Shown one piece after another: positions 25,867 to 39,233 of a DNA stretch of 64,000 nt. The stretch is taken from the NCBI GenBank assembly GCA_052426225.1, contig JBNJNM010000013.1:558001-622000 (forward strand), read 5' to 3'. The notes under the pieces are model-generated. The model had not been told where the DNA came from. It worked only from the letters and a program-made list of their open reading frames with translations, and made no database searches. A program made the position numbers and the translations under genes. Source of the DNA: Zancudomyces culisetae HAW-14-8 (lineage: Eukaryota > Fungi > Kickxellomycota). Each line of letters opens with the position of its first letter. The stretch's first letter is position 1.

Positions 25867-26844
25867 TCAAACTCTCAGAAGTATCTTTCCTGTTGTTTTT
25901 CCAGCTTCAATAAAGCGGTGAGCATCAGCTGCATCTTTAAGGTCAAACTCCTTGCATATGTTAACCTTTAAACTTCCACTTTCAACCAGATCGAATAGTG
26001 TTGAGCATGCCTCAGTAAACTCTTCCCTTGTACGAACGTAATTAAAGACCCCCGGGCTTACTAGAGCTATCTCTTTTTCACTCAAAACACTGGACTCAAC
26101 TTTTGGAATCACTCCCGACGCATTACCGAACGAAACTAGAGTTCCACACCGTCTGAGTGAATCAAACGAAGCTTGGAATGTTGATTTTCCCACGCCGTCA
26201 AACACTGCATTTACCATCTGACCATTGGTGATCTCTTTAACTCGTGTGGGGACATCCTCTCTAGTATAATAAATGATATGGTCTGCTCCCGCATCAGTTG
26301 CTAACTTGGCCTTTTCCTCATTAGATGTGGTGCCTATCACAGTAGCACCATAGTGTTTACAGAGCTGAACAAGCAACTGACCTGTTCCCCCTGCTGCAGC
26401 ATGAACAAGGACTATGTCTCCTTTTTTAACGTTGTAAGCCCTCTTGACAAAAGTCACAGCAGTGAGCCCCTGAAGTAATGATGCAGATGCAGTATCTAGC
26501 GCCATCTGCTCTGGAACAATAGCAGCATTCACTGGGTCAACCAGGGTATATTCAGCATACGCGTTATGTGAAGATAGATATGCCACTCTACTACCAACCT
26601 CAAATCCAGTCACGTCAGATCCAACCTCCTCGACTATCCCGGCACCTTCATGGCCTAATACAAGAGGCATACTAGCTTTAAAAAGTCCGGTTCTAAAATA
26701 CGTCTCAAGAAAATTGAGCCCTACAAACTTGTTTTTAACAAGTATTTTGTTTTTTTCAATTTGGGGCTTGGGGATATCCAAGTATTTGATAACGCTGACA
26801 TCTCCTGGTTTTTCAATTCTGATGGCCTTCATTGTTGAGCTCAT
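25867..26844 (-). CDS. NADPH:quinone oxidoreductase, zeta-crystallin/Qor-like MDR enzyme
   Basis: GLNFLETYFRTG, LGHEGAG, LQGLTA, HAAAGGTG, VFDGVGK, SFGNASG, TTGKILL. First ATG at 26844; the frame is open upstream to a TTG at 26940. Confidence 0.9.
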   Translation of the reverse strand: MSSTMKAIRIEKPGDVSVIKYLDIPKPQIEKNKILVKNKFVGLNFLETYFRTGLFKASMPLVLGHEGAGIVEEVGSDVTGFEVGSRVAYLSSHNAYAEYTLVDPVNAAIVPEQMALDTASASLLQGLTAVTFVKRAYNVKKGDIVLVHAAAGGTGQLLVQLCKHYGATVIGTTSNEEKAKLATDAGADHIIYYTREDVPTRVKEITNGQMVNAVFDGVGKSTFQASFDSLRRCGTLVSFGNASGVIPKVESSVLSEKEIALVSPGVFNYVRTREEFTEACSTLFDLVESGSLKVNICKEFDLKDAADAHRFIEAGKTTGKILLRV

Positions 26845-27695
26845 TCTAATTTGAAATTGAGGTTTTGAAAATTGTACTATTGATTTTGCACTTATCTTTA
26901 GGAAATCGAAATTCTTTTTAAAAAGTTCTCTAGATTTCAAGTTGAACTATTTATTCTGTTAACACAGTAAATGTATCTTGATATATTTAACTTTAGGTAT
27001 GTTTTTTCTATGTCGAGGGGAGATCATTTCATGTATTTATAGACACAAGTCCACCCTCCCTCATCAACACCTACACACTCAAATCACCTCTGTCTTTTTG
27101 CATTACTAAGCACCTACAATAATGATAGTCTATAAAACGAGACGTAGAAAACAACAATAAAACATTTGTTTCTAGCAAATCAAGTTTAAGTCGGACATCT
27201 ACTCTTTATTCCTCAATGAATTATCTAATAAACACCACACCAACCACTAAAATAGTTGTTTTGCGTAATATTTACCTAATTTATTCTCTTTTGCTCTTCT
27301 AATGACGTCATATTCTCTGGGAATTGAGTAAATGAACATATCTCCCGTAGTACTTTTTCATATTGAAATGGGAACATTCTACATCTATGTTCAACTCCAG
27401 AGCTTCTTTTATATTGTATTAATCAGCAACCAGGATTTAGCTGGTCTACAAATAGGCCTTAAAAACCAATAAAAATTAAATGATAAACCATTCCAAGGAC
27501 CATAGGGTCAAAGCAAGGGTAATAATAGGAAACAATCCTACAACATTTCACGTGTTTTTTCGAATCGTTCGATGTTTTGATTTTAGTAGATTTCAAACTA
27601 CAATCATAAATACTAGAAACGTAAAAATACGCGTTTGTAATATATTAAGCGGAGTAATGTGTATTAAAAAACAATAATTGTATATTCTATGCTGA

Positions 27696-28518
27696 CTAAT
27701 TGGAGGTAGTAGTGGTGGTGGTAGAGGAAATATCCACCTTTTCTGCATGTACAAGATTTTCCTGAGTAGTTTTAGGAGGCGCTTGGTTATCCATTTGATT
27801 AGTGACAAGATCGTTGGCGGCAGCTGTTACAGAAATAGATTGTGGATCATTTCCTGCTTCTAGCTTTCTCTGTTTTTTCGCCTCGAGGTATCTATACTTT
27901 TTCCCCAATCTAATCGATGCCTCATACGCTAGGCGCCGTTCGTTCAAAACTGTTTTGATTCTGGACATGGATTTTTTACACTATGAGATATTCAGAAAAA
28001 ACATTAGAATAGTTCCGACTAAATACACATCGCTTTGTAAGAATAAATGTAGTGAAGAAAAAAGGTAAACCGTACCTTGATCATTCTTGCTTTGTTGGAG
28101 TAAAACTCTTCTGATATATTCAAGCTTTTTGCCAGAGCCCTTTGACCAGCCAAAACATTACATTCTTTCAGCAGGACGATCCATAGTTTTTGCAGATCCT
28201 CCCAACTTTTTGTTCTCAATTCAGCAGCTCTCCAAGCTCGTCCTGATATTTCACACAATTTACACGGTTAAATAATTGGATTTTATATTCATCATCTTGT
28301 TACTTTTATCATAAGTGTTTATGTTTGATTATTTGAAGGTTTATATTACCTGTATGGATTTTATCCTTTGGCAGGGACTGGTTTCCCTCGAAAAATTCTT
28401 CCAATCCTCGTAATTTACTACAGGTGTGAAATGAACTTTGTGCACCTATAGAAGTTCTATTGATTGTTAGCCCTGAAAATACCCTTGTTAGGTTTCCTAC
28501 TAATCCTCTCATTGCCAT
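27696..28518 (-). CDS. MRPL4: Mitochondrial ribosomal protein uL29m (MRPL47/Mrpl4); 3 exons
   Basis: Exons 28518-28350, 28242-28076, 27980-27696. Motifs GLEEFF...[32 protein letters not shown] and [13 protein letters not shown]. Confidence 0.88.
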
Positions 28519-29949
28519 ATTTATATATTTAATTGATTTTTGCAATTAATGTTAATCACACTTTTATCAAGAAGAGACAAACAAAACTTTTATTGTTTTT
28601 TTTAGCAGGTATTTTGATATACAACATCATACTATATCTCAAGAATATCAAATAAGCATAATTCAAAATGCTGATCGGGTAGGCGAAAAAGTTTAGGTAT
28701 TTTAAAATGCAAAACAGCAATATTTAGGTTTTTTTTAACTCAAATCATACTTTGAATATTCAATATCAGATGATAAGGCTTACTATCTTCTTGTGTATGT
28801 TAATATACATTACATCTTTTCTTCTAAGTCCTTCCACACGAAGCATAAATACATCTTGCTTCTACCTTGATGAATCACGGGGACTGGCACTCAAATCTTT
28901 TTTTTGCACAATTCATATATATGAGTTTTTGAAGTATTATCGCCATAATTTTATCAATCTAGTACCACCACTCGTGTGAATTTTTATTTGCAAGTCGCTG
29001 CTGAGCCACTGTATGCTTTCCATAAATCTGATATTTTCGACTGTACCATGGCATCACGCATTATACACATATGTGTATGTGAAATCCCAGGTAGAAACCA
29101 GCCAATATTACGTTTGCAATGAAAAAAAATGTGAAGACAGTACCTTTTTTTTTCTTGTTTACACGTAGTACTAGCCTGACAGTATTTTAACCGACGTTTT
29201 TGGAGTGATAGAAATATCAAATTAGAATACTGAGGGATAGAACGAGACGATTCTGCTAGTTTTTCTTTGCATCACCTATACCATCAATCACAGCCATAGG
29301 CGTTTCTGTGTTTGAGCATGTTTCTTATTGAAGCTTTTTATTGGTTTTAATATTCATTGGATTTTTTTTAGTTACTAACTTTGGTTTAATTTATTTTCTA
29401 TTTATTGCGATCTAATCAAGGAAAAAAACGTTTATGAAAAACCATTTCCACTAAAAAAAACCAGCAAATTAATTTTGCGCAATTACCTAACAATGTAAAT
29501 CAGTGTCAAGTGGAAAATACAAAAGTCAAAGCTGTTAATAATCCGGGAGTTCGTGCATATTGTTGTGAATGGGTGTATCAAAATATATTTTCTTATAATT
29601 CCACAGGTTCAACAATATCTGCAAAAAAATTTTTTGTATTTTTACAAATGTAGTCCCAACACTCGGCTTTTGAACTTTGACAGGTTTCTGTCTTAACTCA
29701 AAGTATACACGTGTTATAAACTAAAAATTTTATAGGCTAATGCTGATTTTGAAAAAAAAGTTCAAAGTTACTATTATGGCGATTTGGAACAGAGAATAAA
29801 ACAAAAAAAAACAATATAAATAGATCCAAACTTTCTCCTGTCAGGATTCTATCATTCATCTTAAATAACAGATAGATACAGAAAGAGGCAAAATCCCAAA
29901 GAGTCTGCACCAACAGCTCTTAGTATTTTCCAGAAATCAGACCAGCAAA

Positions 29950-31419
29950 ATGAGTGATCATGAAAAAGCAATGGGAATTGAGGTTGAGGATAGCCATGGC
30001 AGAGAAGGAGAAAGACATGAGGTTAATAAGGGTTTGGAGTTTACTGAAGAGGAGGTATCCTTGCTAAGAAGGGCACTAAAAAAAATTGACATAAGAGTAT
30101 TGCCGATTATGTACCTTATGTACCTTGCGGGAGCAATGGATAGATATAACATGGGTGCGGCATTGATCAATGGAATAATAGAGAAATTAGATCTGACATC
30201 AACAGATCAAGGAAATATTAACTCTCTGTTTTTCACCACATACATTGCTATGGAACCATTTGCCAATATAATCTTGAAAAAAACCCGCCCATCATTCTGG
30301 TTTCCATTTATTGGAATATCGTGGTCAATCACATGTATGTGTATGGCAGCAGTAACAAATGCAACACAGGCAGTAATTATCAGACTGCTTTTGGGTATCT
30401 TTGAAGCAGGATTCACACCAGGAATGATCACATACTTGGCATACTGGTACACCAGAGAAGATCTAGGTTCGCGAATGTCCATCATGTTTTCAGCGCATCC
30501 AGCCTCAGGGATTGTCAATCTGCTATATGGAGCATTCGCCTCAATAAAAATTGGCAAATTGATAGCCTACCAGTCCATTTTTATCTTTGGTGGAACAATA
30601 ACACTGGTTATTGCCATTGCAGCTATCTTTGTAATTGAAGACTACCCCGAGCATGTAAAGTTTTTAACAGAAAAAGAAAAAGCTCTTGTTGTGAAGAGAA
30701 TCAATGCTAGTCAGGGAAGTGCCGAAAGATCCCATGTCACATTTAAATCCACTCTCGAAACTATCCTCGACTGGAAGGTGTGGGCATTTGCCATTCTTAA
30801 CTTGTCCAGAACCGCCTCCTTGCTGATTTTGGGGCTTATTGGTCCAACCATTATAAAATCGTTTGGATTTTCAAGATCTGAAGCTACATTCCTGTTTGCA
30901 GTTGTGTCAGCAATTGGTACTTGTAGTACAATTACATTTGCATTTGTATTCCAAAAAGTCCCATACTGGATTCGAATCGTAGGTGCCGATATCATAACAG
31001 CCGCTTTCTTTGCAGTAGTTGCGTTTTCCACTAATAATGTCGTACGACTCGTCTTTATGTTTGCTCTAGGAATCCCAGTCTATGCTATTTTCCCAATAGC
31101 TACAAGTTGGATGTCAGTAAATGCTGGTAGTACTCAAAAGCGTGCGTTGATGTCTGCGGTATTTGCGATGGTTGGTAATGTTGTTGGTCTTGCTGTTCCG
31201 TATTTGTTCACCACTGCAACTGCACCAAAGTACATCGCTGGATATTCACTTGCTTTTGGATTGTATGCTCTATCAATTGTAGTAGCACTAACACTTGCGT
31301 TTGCACTCAACAAGGCAAACAAACAGCGGGAAGCGCATCCCCAAGATGTATCTCATTTGACTCCTGAAGAACAAAGAGCTATGCACGATTTCCACCCAAG
31401 CTTTAGGTATATACTCTAA
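29950..31419 (+). CDS. MFS transporter, anion:cation symporter (Dal5/Tna1-like) family
   Basis: Intronless, 489 aa, about 12 hydrophobic segments. Motifs KKIDIRVLP, DRYNMG, RLLLGIFEAG..PG...YLAYWY..EDLGSR and C-terminal HPSFRYIL. Confidence 0.9.
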   Translation: MSDHEKAMGIEVEDSHGREGERHEVNKGLEFTEEEVSLLRRALKKIDIRVLPIMYLMYLAGAMDRYNMGAALINGIIEKLDLTSTDQGNINSLFFTTYIAMEPFANIILKKTRPSFWFPFIGISWSITCMCMAAVTNATQAVIIRLLLGIFEAGFTPGMITYLAYWYTREDLGSRMSIMFSAHPASGIVNLLYGAFASIKIGKLIAYQSIFIFGGTITLVIAIAAIFVIEDYPEHVKFLTEKEKALVVKRINASQGSAERSHVTFKSTLETILDWKVWAFAILNLSRTASLLILGLIGPTIIKSFGFSRSEATFLFAVVSAIGTCSTITFAFVFQKVPYWIRIVGADIITAAFFAVVAFSTNNVVRLVFMFALGIPVYAIFPIATSWMSVNAGSTQKRALMSAVFAMVGNVVGLAVPYLFTTATAPKYIAGYSLAFGLYALSIVVALTLAFALNKANKQREAHPQDVSHLTPEEQRAMHDFHPSFRYIL

Positions 31420-32210
31420 TAGATATAAATGTAACCAATCCCGCTAAACTCACTACTACTTGTGCGTGTATTTGGATTTTATTTGACTTTAAATTTTATG
31501 TATTTTGTTTATGTTGTTTTATTAAATATTATTTCTACATTATTCAAACACGCTGTAGTGGATAACAGTATGAAGGTGTCAGTACCTCTATGTTTCTTTT
31601 TATAAATTGTATATAATATTGATTTTTTTGAAAGACTGTAAACATGCCACTCCAATGAAGAATGCATTAACATACACTTCCAACAAAACTGAACATCACA
31701 GAAGTAAGAAGAAATACCTCAAGTCTTTAGAAGAATCATATAAAGCGCCTATAATTTAGGTTTGGATGTGGGGGGGGGGGGCTCACCAGTGGTTAAATAT
31801 TATCAAAAATTTAAACTAACTTGCCCACTGTCGTCTTTACTATTCGGTTTATACACTAACGATATATTTAACGAAATAAAAGACGTAGCTGCAACAGACC
31901 TATCTAACTTGAAACCTCTAATATCAACTAAATTACAAGGATTACAGTTTGATAATAGCAGGACTCTTGTAAGTACACTAAAAAAAGAAAATTTCAAGGT
32001 ACCAGTACCAGCAGAAATGAAGAGATTGAAATGTTTGCAAGTATCAATGTGGCAGGAATGAAGTAATGTTTAGATAAAGTAAAATAAAAAATGCTTAAAA
32101 AACATAACTGTTATAAAAAAGGTAAAGTGGGAGATACCAGAACATATTCTAAAAATTGGTAGATACCATCCCACACGCGTACCCCAAACTTGGTATCAAA
32201 TGCTAGGAAT

Positions 32211-34595
32211 CTACCTGTCACCCATAGAACTGACTGCTGCGTTAAACCCAGCGTGTGTGTTGTCTTTGTTGATGAATTCACATCCTGAAGTGGTATCACA
32301 CCTTTGTGCCTGTTCTATAGGGTTGTATAATAGCTCAGTAAAATCAACCCCTGAAACATAATCCTTATGCTTAGATATGGGGAAATTTTGGTCAAATGTT
32401 GGAGACTGGGTTTTAGACATCTCTTTGTAATTCGCGCTCAAAATAGAATGATAAACACGTTCAAGCATCTTTTTGCACTGCTCAAGCAATGCAGTATTTT
32501 GAAGAGATGTATAACGATTAACAACCTTTACAAAATATTTGCTAGGATCATCATCCAGGCTTGGGTTGTTATTAATATGAATTTCATGATTCTGTGGCTG
32601 TTTCTTTGATATACCGAGGTCCCCCAATATCAAATTGAGTTTTTCTGCCTCCTTGATAGCTGGTTTCAAATCGATTGCCATTATAATTTGTTTTCCATCA
32701 CTTTCATTATCCAAAGGCAATAAAAACTCGCTATTTTTACTCAGACTCTCTTTTGCAAAAATTCGACTTAGTAGGAATGGTTCATGAATCTTGGAGGAAA
32801 GAGTGTTGAAGCAGCACTCTCGTTTGTAATAGTTGCTTCCATTTGGAACTAGCCATGGATTGTAGTCATATGATGAAAGCATCATCTTTTTAAAGTTCTC
32901 GGGGATGTTTTTAAACTTGGAATTGGCCTTATCATAGCTTTTTTTAACATCAGATATATTGTTAGCCAAATAAAAATACATCTTTACTAGTGGGGTTGTT
33001 GCTTTAAGCTGCTCAAAATATTCGATTATTACTTTTTTGCCATTTACAATTGCATTGTGTCTACTCAGGTTCCTGATATACTCTAGATTTGTGAGGTGCC
33101 TGAAAACATGAGAGGTCAAATAGTTTAACTCTATATCAAACTTTTCTATTGGAAACGTTGAAAGTAGCCAGTAAAACACTTCTATAAAGTAGATAGTATT
33201 GTTGATTAATATAACTTTGGCAGCTTTTACTCTCTCTGGAGGAATATCCACATTCTCATAGTAAGCTACTTCTGAAGCATTCAAATGAAGATTGGTCACA
33301 CAGGTATTCAGCATCAGTGTACAGTATCGTAGTATAAAGTACTCAATGTTCATTGCGTTTACTATGCCTGGATTGCGTACTGAAAACGCCAATATATTTT
33401 CCAGTTCATTATAAAACCTTATAACCATCATTCTCTGAAACACTGTAGCGTTTGTAAACAATTTCAGGTAGCGTCGATAATCTAGTTCCATTTCCTTTGC
33501 TATTGTAATTTCTCTCCGGTTGATAAACGTTACAATTCTGTATCTTATTTTATTTAGCATCACATATCAACCAAATGTATCAAACTTGAATTCCCCTTGG
33601 TTGTTTAGAATTACACCACCATTATATACCGCTTTGGAGTTTGACAATACAAAACTGGTATTACAATGCCATAGACGATCATTGCTGGGTAGGTTTACAA
33701 AAATGTCTTTGAGCTGTATAGCTGGCAGCAGTGTCAAACCCTCAGATACTAACATGCAATAAATTTATATAGACCACCAAAGACGTCTTCCAAGTTCCTT
33801 TTCTACTATTGAATATTTACCCTCTTTCTCAGGTGTGCTGACGGAATGTGCATCCACCATATGCAATTTCATTGAAATGGCCAGCTTTGTTGCCAAATGG
33901 AAATATTTTGTGCATTGCGATGCAAGTCCAGTGACGGAATAATATCTACTTAGCACCTGCATTGTCCATATGCCCAAACAATCTGGATGAATAAATATGT
34001 TTTTCATGTATTCGGTGGTATAGTTTAATGCTCGTTTACGCCTCTCTCGAGTAAATACTTTAAAAAACTTGTCATCTTTTAATACAGTTGATCCCATCAG
34101 TAAAAGAGTACAAACCACGTACTTTGGCACTTGAAAACTCTTTACGTTTTGTATAAACTGGGGAATTCTTACAACATTTGCAAGCAAAGGATAACGATAC
34201 ATAAACATGTACATTAGCTCATCTATCACATCTCGTAGGAGTCTTGATAACTCTATATCCTCCGCATCCCTACCAATTATATTCTGAATGTCCACATCAA
34301 CGATGCAGGCATCTGTCATCAAATTCTTTATTTCATGCCTTATACCATGATTGGAGCTTTCATTGGCTGTGGTTTTCATTTTTTTGCTCTGTTTTTTCAA
34401 TTCTTCAACTCTTTTTTGTATATCTGCGAGTTTTTTAAACAAAGGCTCATTCACGGGTCTCTTATGCACATTTCTTTTTTCATTAACTCTAAACGTTATT
34501 ATGTATTTTTTGTAGGTATTGTCAGCATTTGACTTTGCCCTTGTTCGTTTGCCACCACCAGCAGATTCTTCTCTTTCAGAATTTTTTTGAGCCAT
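32211..34595 (-). pseudogene. Fungal-specific transcription factor (middle-homology-region type) gene interrupted by two in-frame stops
   Basis: Three track ORFs (33765-34712, 33567-33755, 32211-33563) share one frame, separated only by TAA at 33765-33767 and TGA at 33567-33569. Motif ATKLAISMKLH...EKELGRRLWWSI*I resembles the fungal_trans consensus. Start placed at ATG 34595 (an upstream in-frame start at 34712 is possible). Confidence 0.6.
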
Positions 34596-36563
34596 TCTAT
34601 AAAAGTAGAGTAGAAATAATCCTGGAATGAGTTGATTGATACGAGATAGTAATAACTGCCACTCATACCAAGTACTGTGTTTATATACTACTATTTTTAT
34701 TTTTAGGCTCATATCTTTAGTGTTTTGCCCTTTTTGATACTTGGAATATGAAACTCAATCTTTTCATATATCCGTACTTCTGACCAACTCCTTTGATTGA
34801 TTGAAAATAGTTGATATTTTGAATTGGGAACAAAAAAAACAAACACATATCTTCTAACAAAAACAAAAACAGGATGAAAAAAAGATGAAAAAAAGATGAA
34901 ATAAAGATGAAAAAAAAAAAGATGAAAGCTCAACTCAACTTTGTTATTCCCAACAAACTCAATTCAATATAATCTCGAATCTATTCAAATCTCAGTTAAT
35001 ATACTGGGGTTTATGTAACATTCATCTAAAGATGCCAGTACAACCGAGAAAATTTCCTATGGTAACATAAAAACATACCGCTATTAGATGAAAACCACTA
35101 CCTCATCTTTTCCAGATTAAGCCTAGGCTTCCAAAACAAAACACTCGCAACATTTTCAATATTCCATTCATCGGAATGGCTCTAATTAAATATCAGCTGA
35201 GTGGGTGTGATTTACGAGATACTAATATTATAGATAAATATATATTCGTATCTACTTGGTTATCTTTTCAAAGCTAATATATACAACTAGATCTAACCCA
35301 CCTTATTACCTTCACTGAAATACAACTATATATCCCTTGTGTCGTGGAGACAATCTTGTAAACAAAGTCTTTTTTTTCAGTTATTTACTTTATGATACCC
35401 TTCCCATTTGTTAATCTCACTTCAGTAACAACAACAAAGTATTTTTTTATACTTCGTATCAGGACGACGGCTTTAAATTCAATCAAAAACTAAGGTACAT
35501 CAAGTAGTATGATGCTATGGCCTAACATTATGGATTTTACTGTCTCAAATATCCAGCTTATTAAGTGTGAATATACTAAGACGAACCAAAATGGTCAAAT
35601 ACGATTCAATTGGTTTTCCGGCTAAACTGTACTTAATATCCTCACACTAATTATTTCACATATTGTAGAGTCTGAACTTTTATTCAGGCCGCAATCCCAT
35701 CTGTTCTTGTTAAAATTCGTTTTTGTTTTACTCGTTAGTATATTGTAATGACGCAACTAGATCCTTACACTAAAAAAAAATCAAATAAATAAAAATACAA
35801 TACCAGTAAAATTCTAGGGCTCCAGTCATAAATTTGGAGTCGATTAGATATTGTTGTAAAGTTTACATTGTTCTTGCATTATGGGATTTTGCATGGAATA
35901 TATATCACTTATTTGTAGCCATTTTTTACATTAGAAAATTAGTAAATGTGAGATAAAAACGATTGAGATTATAGCGCGATTTAGCATGCTAAGGACGTGT
36001 ATTCGCATAAATCAAGTAGAACAAACTGATACTCGAGCTATATCATTTATCAGTGCTTGATTTATTTCATTATACATCATTTATACCTTAATATTTGGTG
36101 GCTTTTCGGGAACCTGATGGCTAGTGCTGCCTCTGCTTAGGTCATGAATATTTTCAGCTTTTTAAATAAAGCCCAAATAGCTATGAAACAAAAAGAAGAA
36201 AAAAACCAGCATAATTAACCGACTCTAGCACGCAGATATTTGCTGACGAATAGTCTTTTATGAAGTAATCAAGTTATGCGATTTTATTCGCACCAACTCA
36301 TTTTATAAAAACGCAATTTTGCTAGACCAATATTTCACCACAGACCAGCTGGGATAGCAATTCCACTCGCTATTCAAGCTTGTTTCGGATAAAGCGAATA
36401 TTCAAATAGCGCACCAAATTGGCTGGTAGTTACACAGTCAATCCTTACAAATTGTGAGACACACACACAAACAACACTAAAAGAGATATACAAAAGATAG
36501 TATAAATTAGTACGTTTTCGCACCAACCGAAGTAGATTAGATAAACACAATTCCCATAAAAAC

Positions 36564-39233
36564 AAAAAAGCAACAACAATAATGGCCAGCTTTGTTTCAA
36601 GATTCTCCTTTTCAAGAGTAGGAAACTATAGTGCGAGGATACTTGCCCCACTGGGAAGACGTTCTCTTACCACAGCAAATTCGGTTTTGGACCGTAAGTT
36701 ATTATTTTAGTTATTATTGTAACTGTTATTATTGTCCGTTTCTGTATTTACTTCCACCACTTTTACTGTTTTAACTATTCAGTTTTGAATTTTGTTTAGT
36801 AATAACTCATTGTATTATATTCCGTATGTTATAAATAGCTACACTGGGACTCACAGGTATTTGAATTGTATACTCGACTATGTTTAACCACGTACACTTT
36901 GTATATGCAGATATGAAAGCACGTATATTTCCGACTACCATAAATATTGCGTCTAACAAAATGTTGGTATCACAGATGAGCAAAAGGAGTTGTACGAAGC
37001 TGCATCGAGTTTTGCAGAAGCCGAAATGGCACCTATTATGTTGAAGGTAAGTATGCAAATACGGATATGGATACGGATAAAAATACGCATGAAAATAGGA
37101 ATAGAAATAAGAGTACAAATAGGAATACAAAGTGTGGTAGTTATGAGAGTGTTCCATTGTACTAAAGAATATACATAAAAATACCAGACACGGTATTGTT
37201 TGGTAGTATAGTGTATGGAGTGTGTCTAGTAACACTCACTTTTGAATTTGATAAACAACCAAATAGCTTGACCAAGATGAAAACATGCCAAAAGAGTTGC
37301 TATTAAAAGCAGCAGAGTTGGGATTTGGTATGATATATACATTATATACAATAAATTATATATAAGCATACAGTTTGTACATAACTATTTGTGTTACACC
37401 ATTTATAATGAATGGAAAAAAAAGTAAATGGATGAATATATTTAAAAATAATACACAAATTTGGTGATGAGTGATACAAACTGTATAATGGAAAGGATAT
37501 AAAACATATGACATACGGTATATATTACTGGTTTATAAAATTTACCACACTTTACTGTGATATTGCGTGTAAATAGGTAAATTATATGTTTCCGAAAAGA
37601 GTGGAGGAGTGGGGCTAGGTAAGTGAGCAAGAGTATATAATGGTGGTGGATATGATACTGTTGATGTATGGTTGTAGGAGATGTGATAAAGTGATAAAAT
37701 GATAAAATGAATTTATAGATCGATTATCTACATCGGTCGTATTTGAGGGGCTATCTAGAGGCGATGTGTCAACTACTGCTTACATAACCATTCATAAGTG
37801 AGTTTCGTTATTTTGCTTGTATGTAACACGTTAGATACTAAAACGTCATGATTTCGGTATGAAATATATAGTATGTGCGCTTGGATGATTGACAAGTTTG
37901 GAAACCAAAGTCAAAGGGACAAGTATCTGGAAAACCTGCTAAATATGGATGTAAGTACGGATGTTGTGTTTGTAACTGTGAGCAATTTATGTGCATCCCA
38001 TCCATGTTTAATACTACTCACCTTTTTGTTGAAACATGTAACTTGTATTGTAAATAACCCCCTATGAAATACTACTTATGATACACCAGCATTTGGGATC
38101 ATACTGCCTGACAGAACCTGGAACGGGAAGTGATGCGGCATCACTATCAACAAGTGCAAAGAAGGAAGGATCTAAATATATTCTGAACGGATCAAAGGCG
38201 TTTATTTCAAATGGTGGAGACTCTGATATATATATTGTTATGGCAAGAACAGGAGGGGCAGGGCCAAAGGGTATATCAACATTTATTGTTCCAAAAGACT
38301 CGCCTGGACTGAGTTTTGGAAAGAAAGAAAAAAAGGTTGGATGGAGCTCACAACCCACACGAGGTTAGTGTATTTCGTTTATATTTATATTGAGTTTTAG
38401 ATTGATTGTAGATTGGGTTTGTATACGGTTTAATGTTGGAGCACCAAGAAATTTGATATGAAGCCGTGAAAATATGGATGTAAAATGATGAAGGTAATGA
38501 CGTTTACCAAAACACTGGGATTTGAATACTAAATATAGCTGTGATATTTGAAAACTGCGAAGTACCGGCGGAGAATTTAATGGGGCGGGAGGGAGATGGG
38601 TTCAAGTTTGCAATGATGGGTCTAGATGGTGGACGAATAAACATATGTAAGTATAACAAATATTGTCATTTTCTGTTACTAATTAATTTATTTATTTAAT
38701 CCGGACTTTTATTTATTAATACTTCACAATCCGTGCGTGATATTGTTGGTTTAATCTATGGATACTTCGAATATGCTCAAATAGCATCATGTAGTCTTGG
38801 TGGTGCTGATTCCAGCTTGCGTGCTGCTCTAGAACACTCTGCTGTCCGAAAACAGTTCGGTACCCCAATCTTTGATTTCCAAAATACCCAGTTTGAGTTG
38901 GCTGAAATGGCAAGCCGACTTAATGCTTCGAGATTGATGGTTAGACAGGCAGCAAGGATGTTGGATGAAAAATCACCAAGCGCAGTAGCATTCTGTGCTA
39001 TGGTAAGTCAAACTGAAATGGACAATTCCATATGCTTGAGTTAATGTAAAAATTCAGACAACATTTGTAACTATAACTGTACTTTCCATATGAACAAATA
39101 GGCCAAAGAGTTTGCAACAGATACATGTTTCAATATCTGTAACCGGTCACTACAATTGCATGGTGGATACGGATATCTTAAGGACTATCCAGTTCAACAG
39201 TATATGCGGGATACGCGTGTTCACCAGATTTTG
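36564..39233 (+). repeat. Direct repeat, copy B of the ~2.7 kb ACAD8 duplication
   Basis: Near-identical to 21521-24201. Confidence 0.95.

Noticed and set aside
31762-32061. 99-aa plus-strand ORF between the MFS gene and the TF gene
   Set aside because: TTG start, includes a G homopolymer, no family motif; cannot be supported.
33567-33767. Alternative nuclear genetic code explaining the internal stops
   Set aside because: TAA, TAG and TGA all serve as normal terminators in neighbouring conserved genes, and no other gene shows internal stops.
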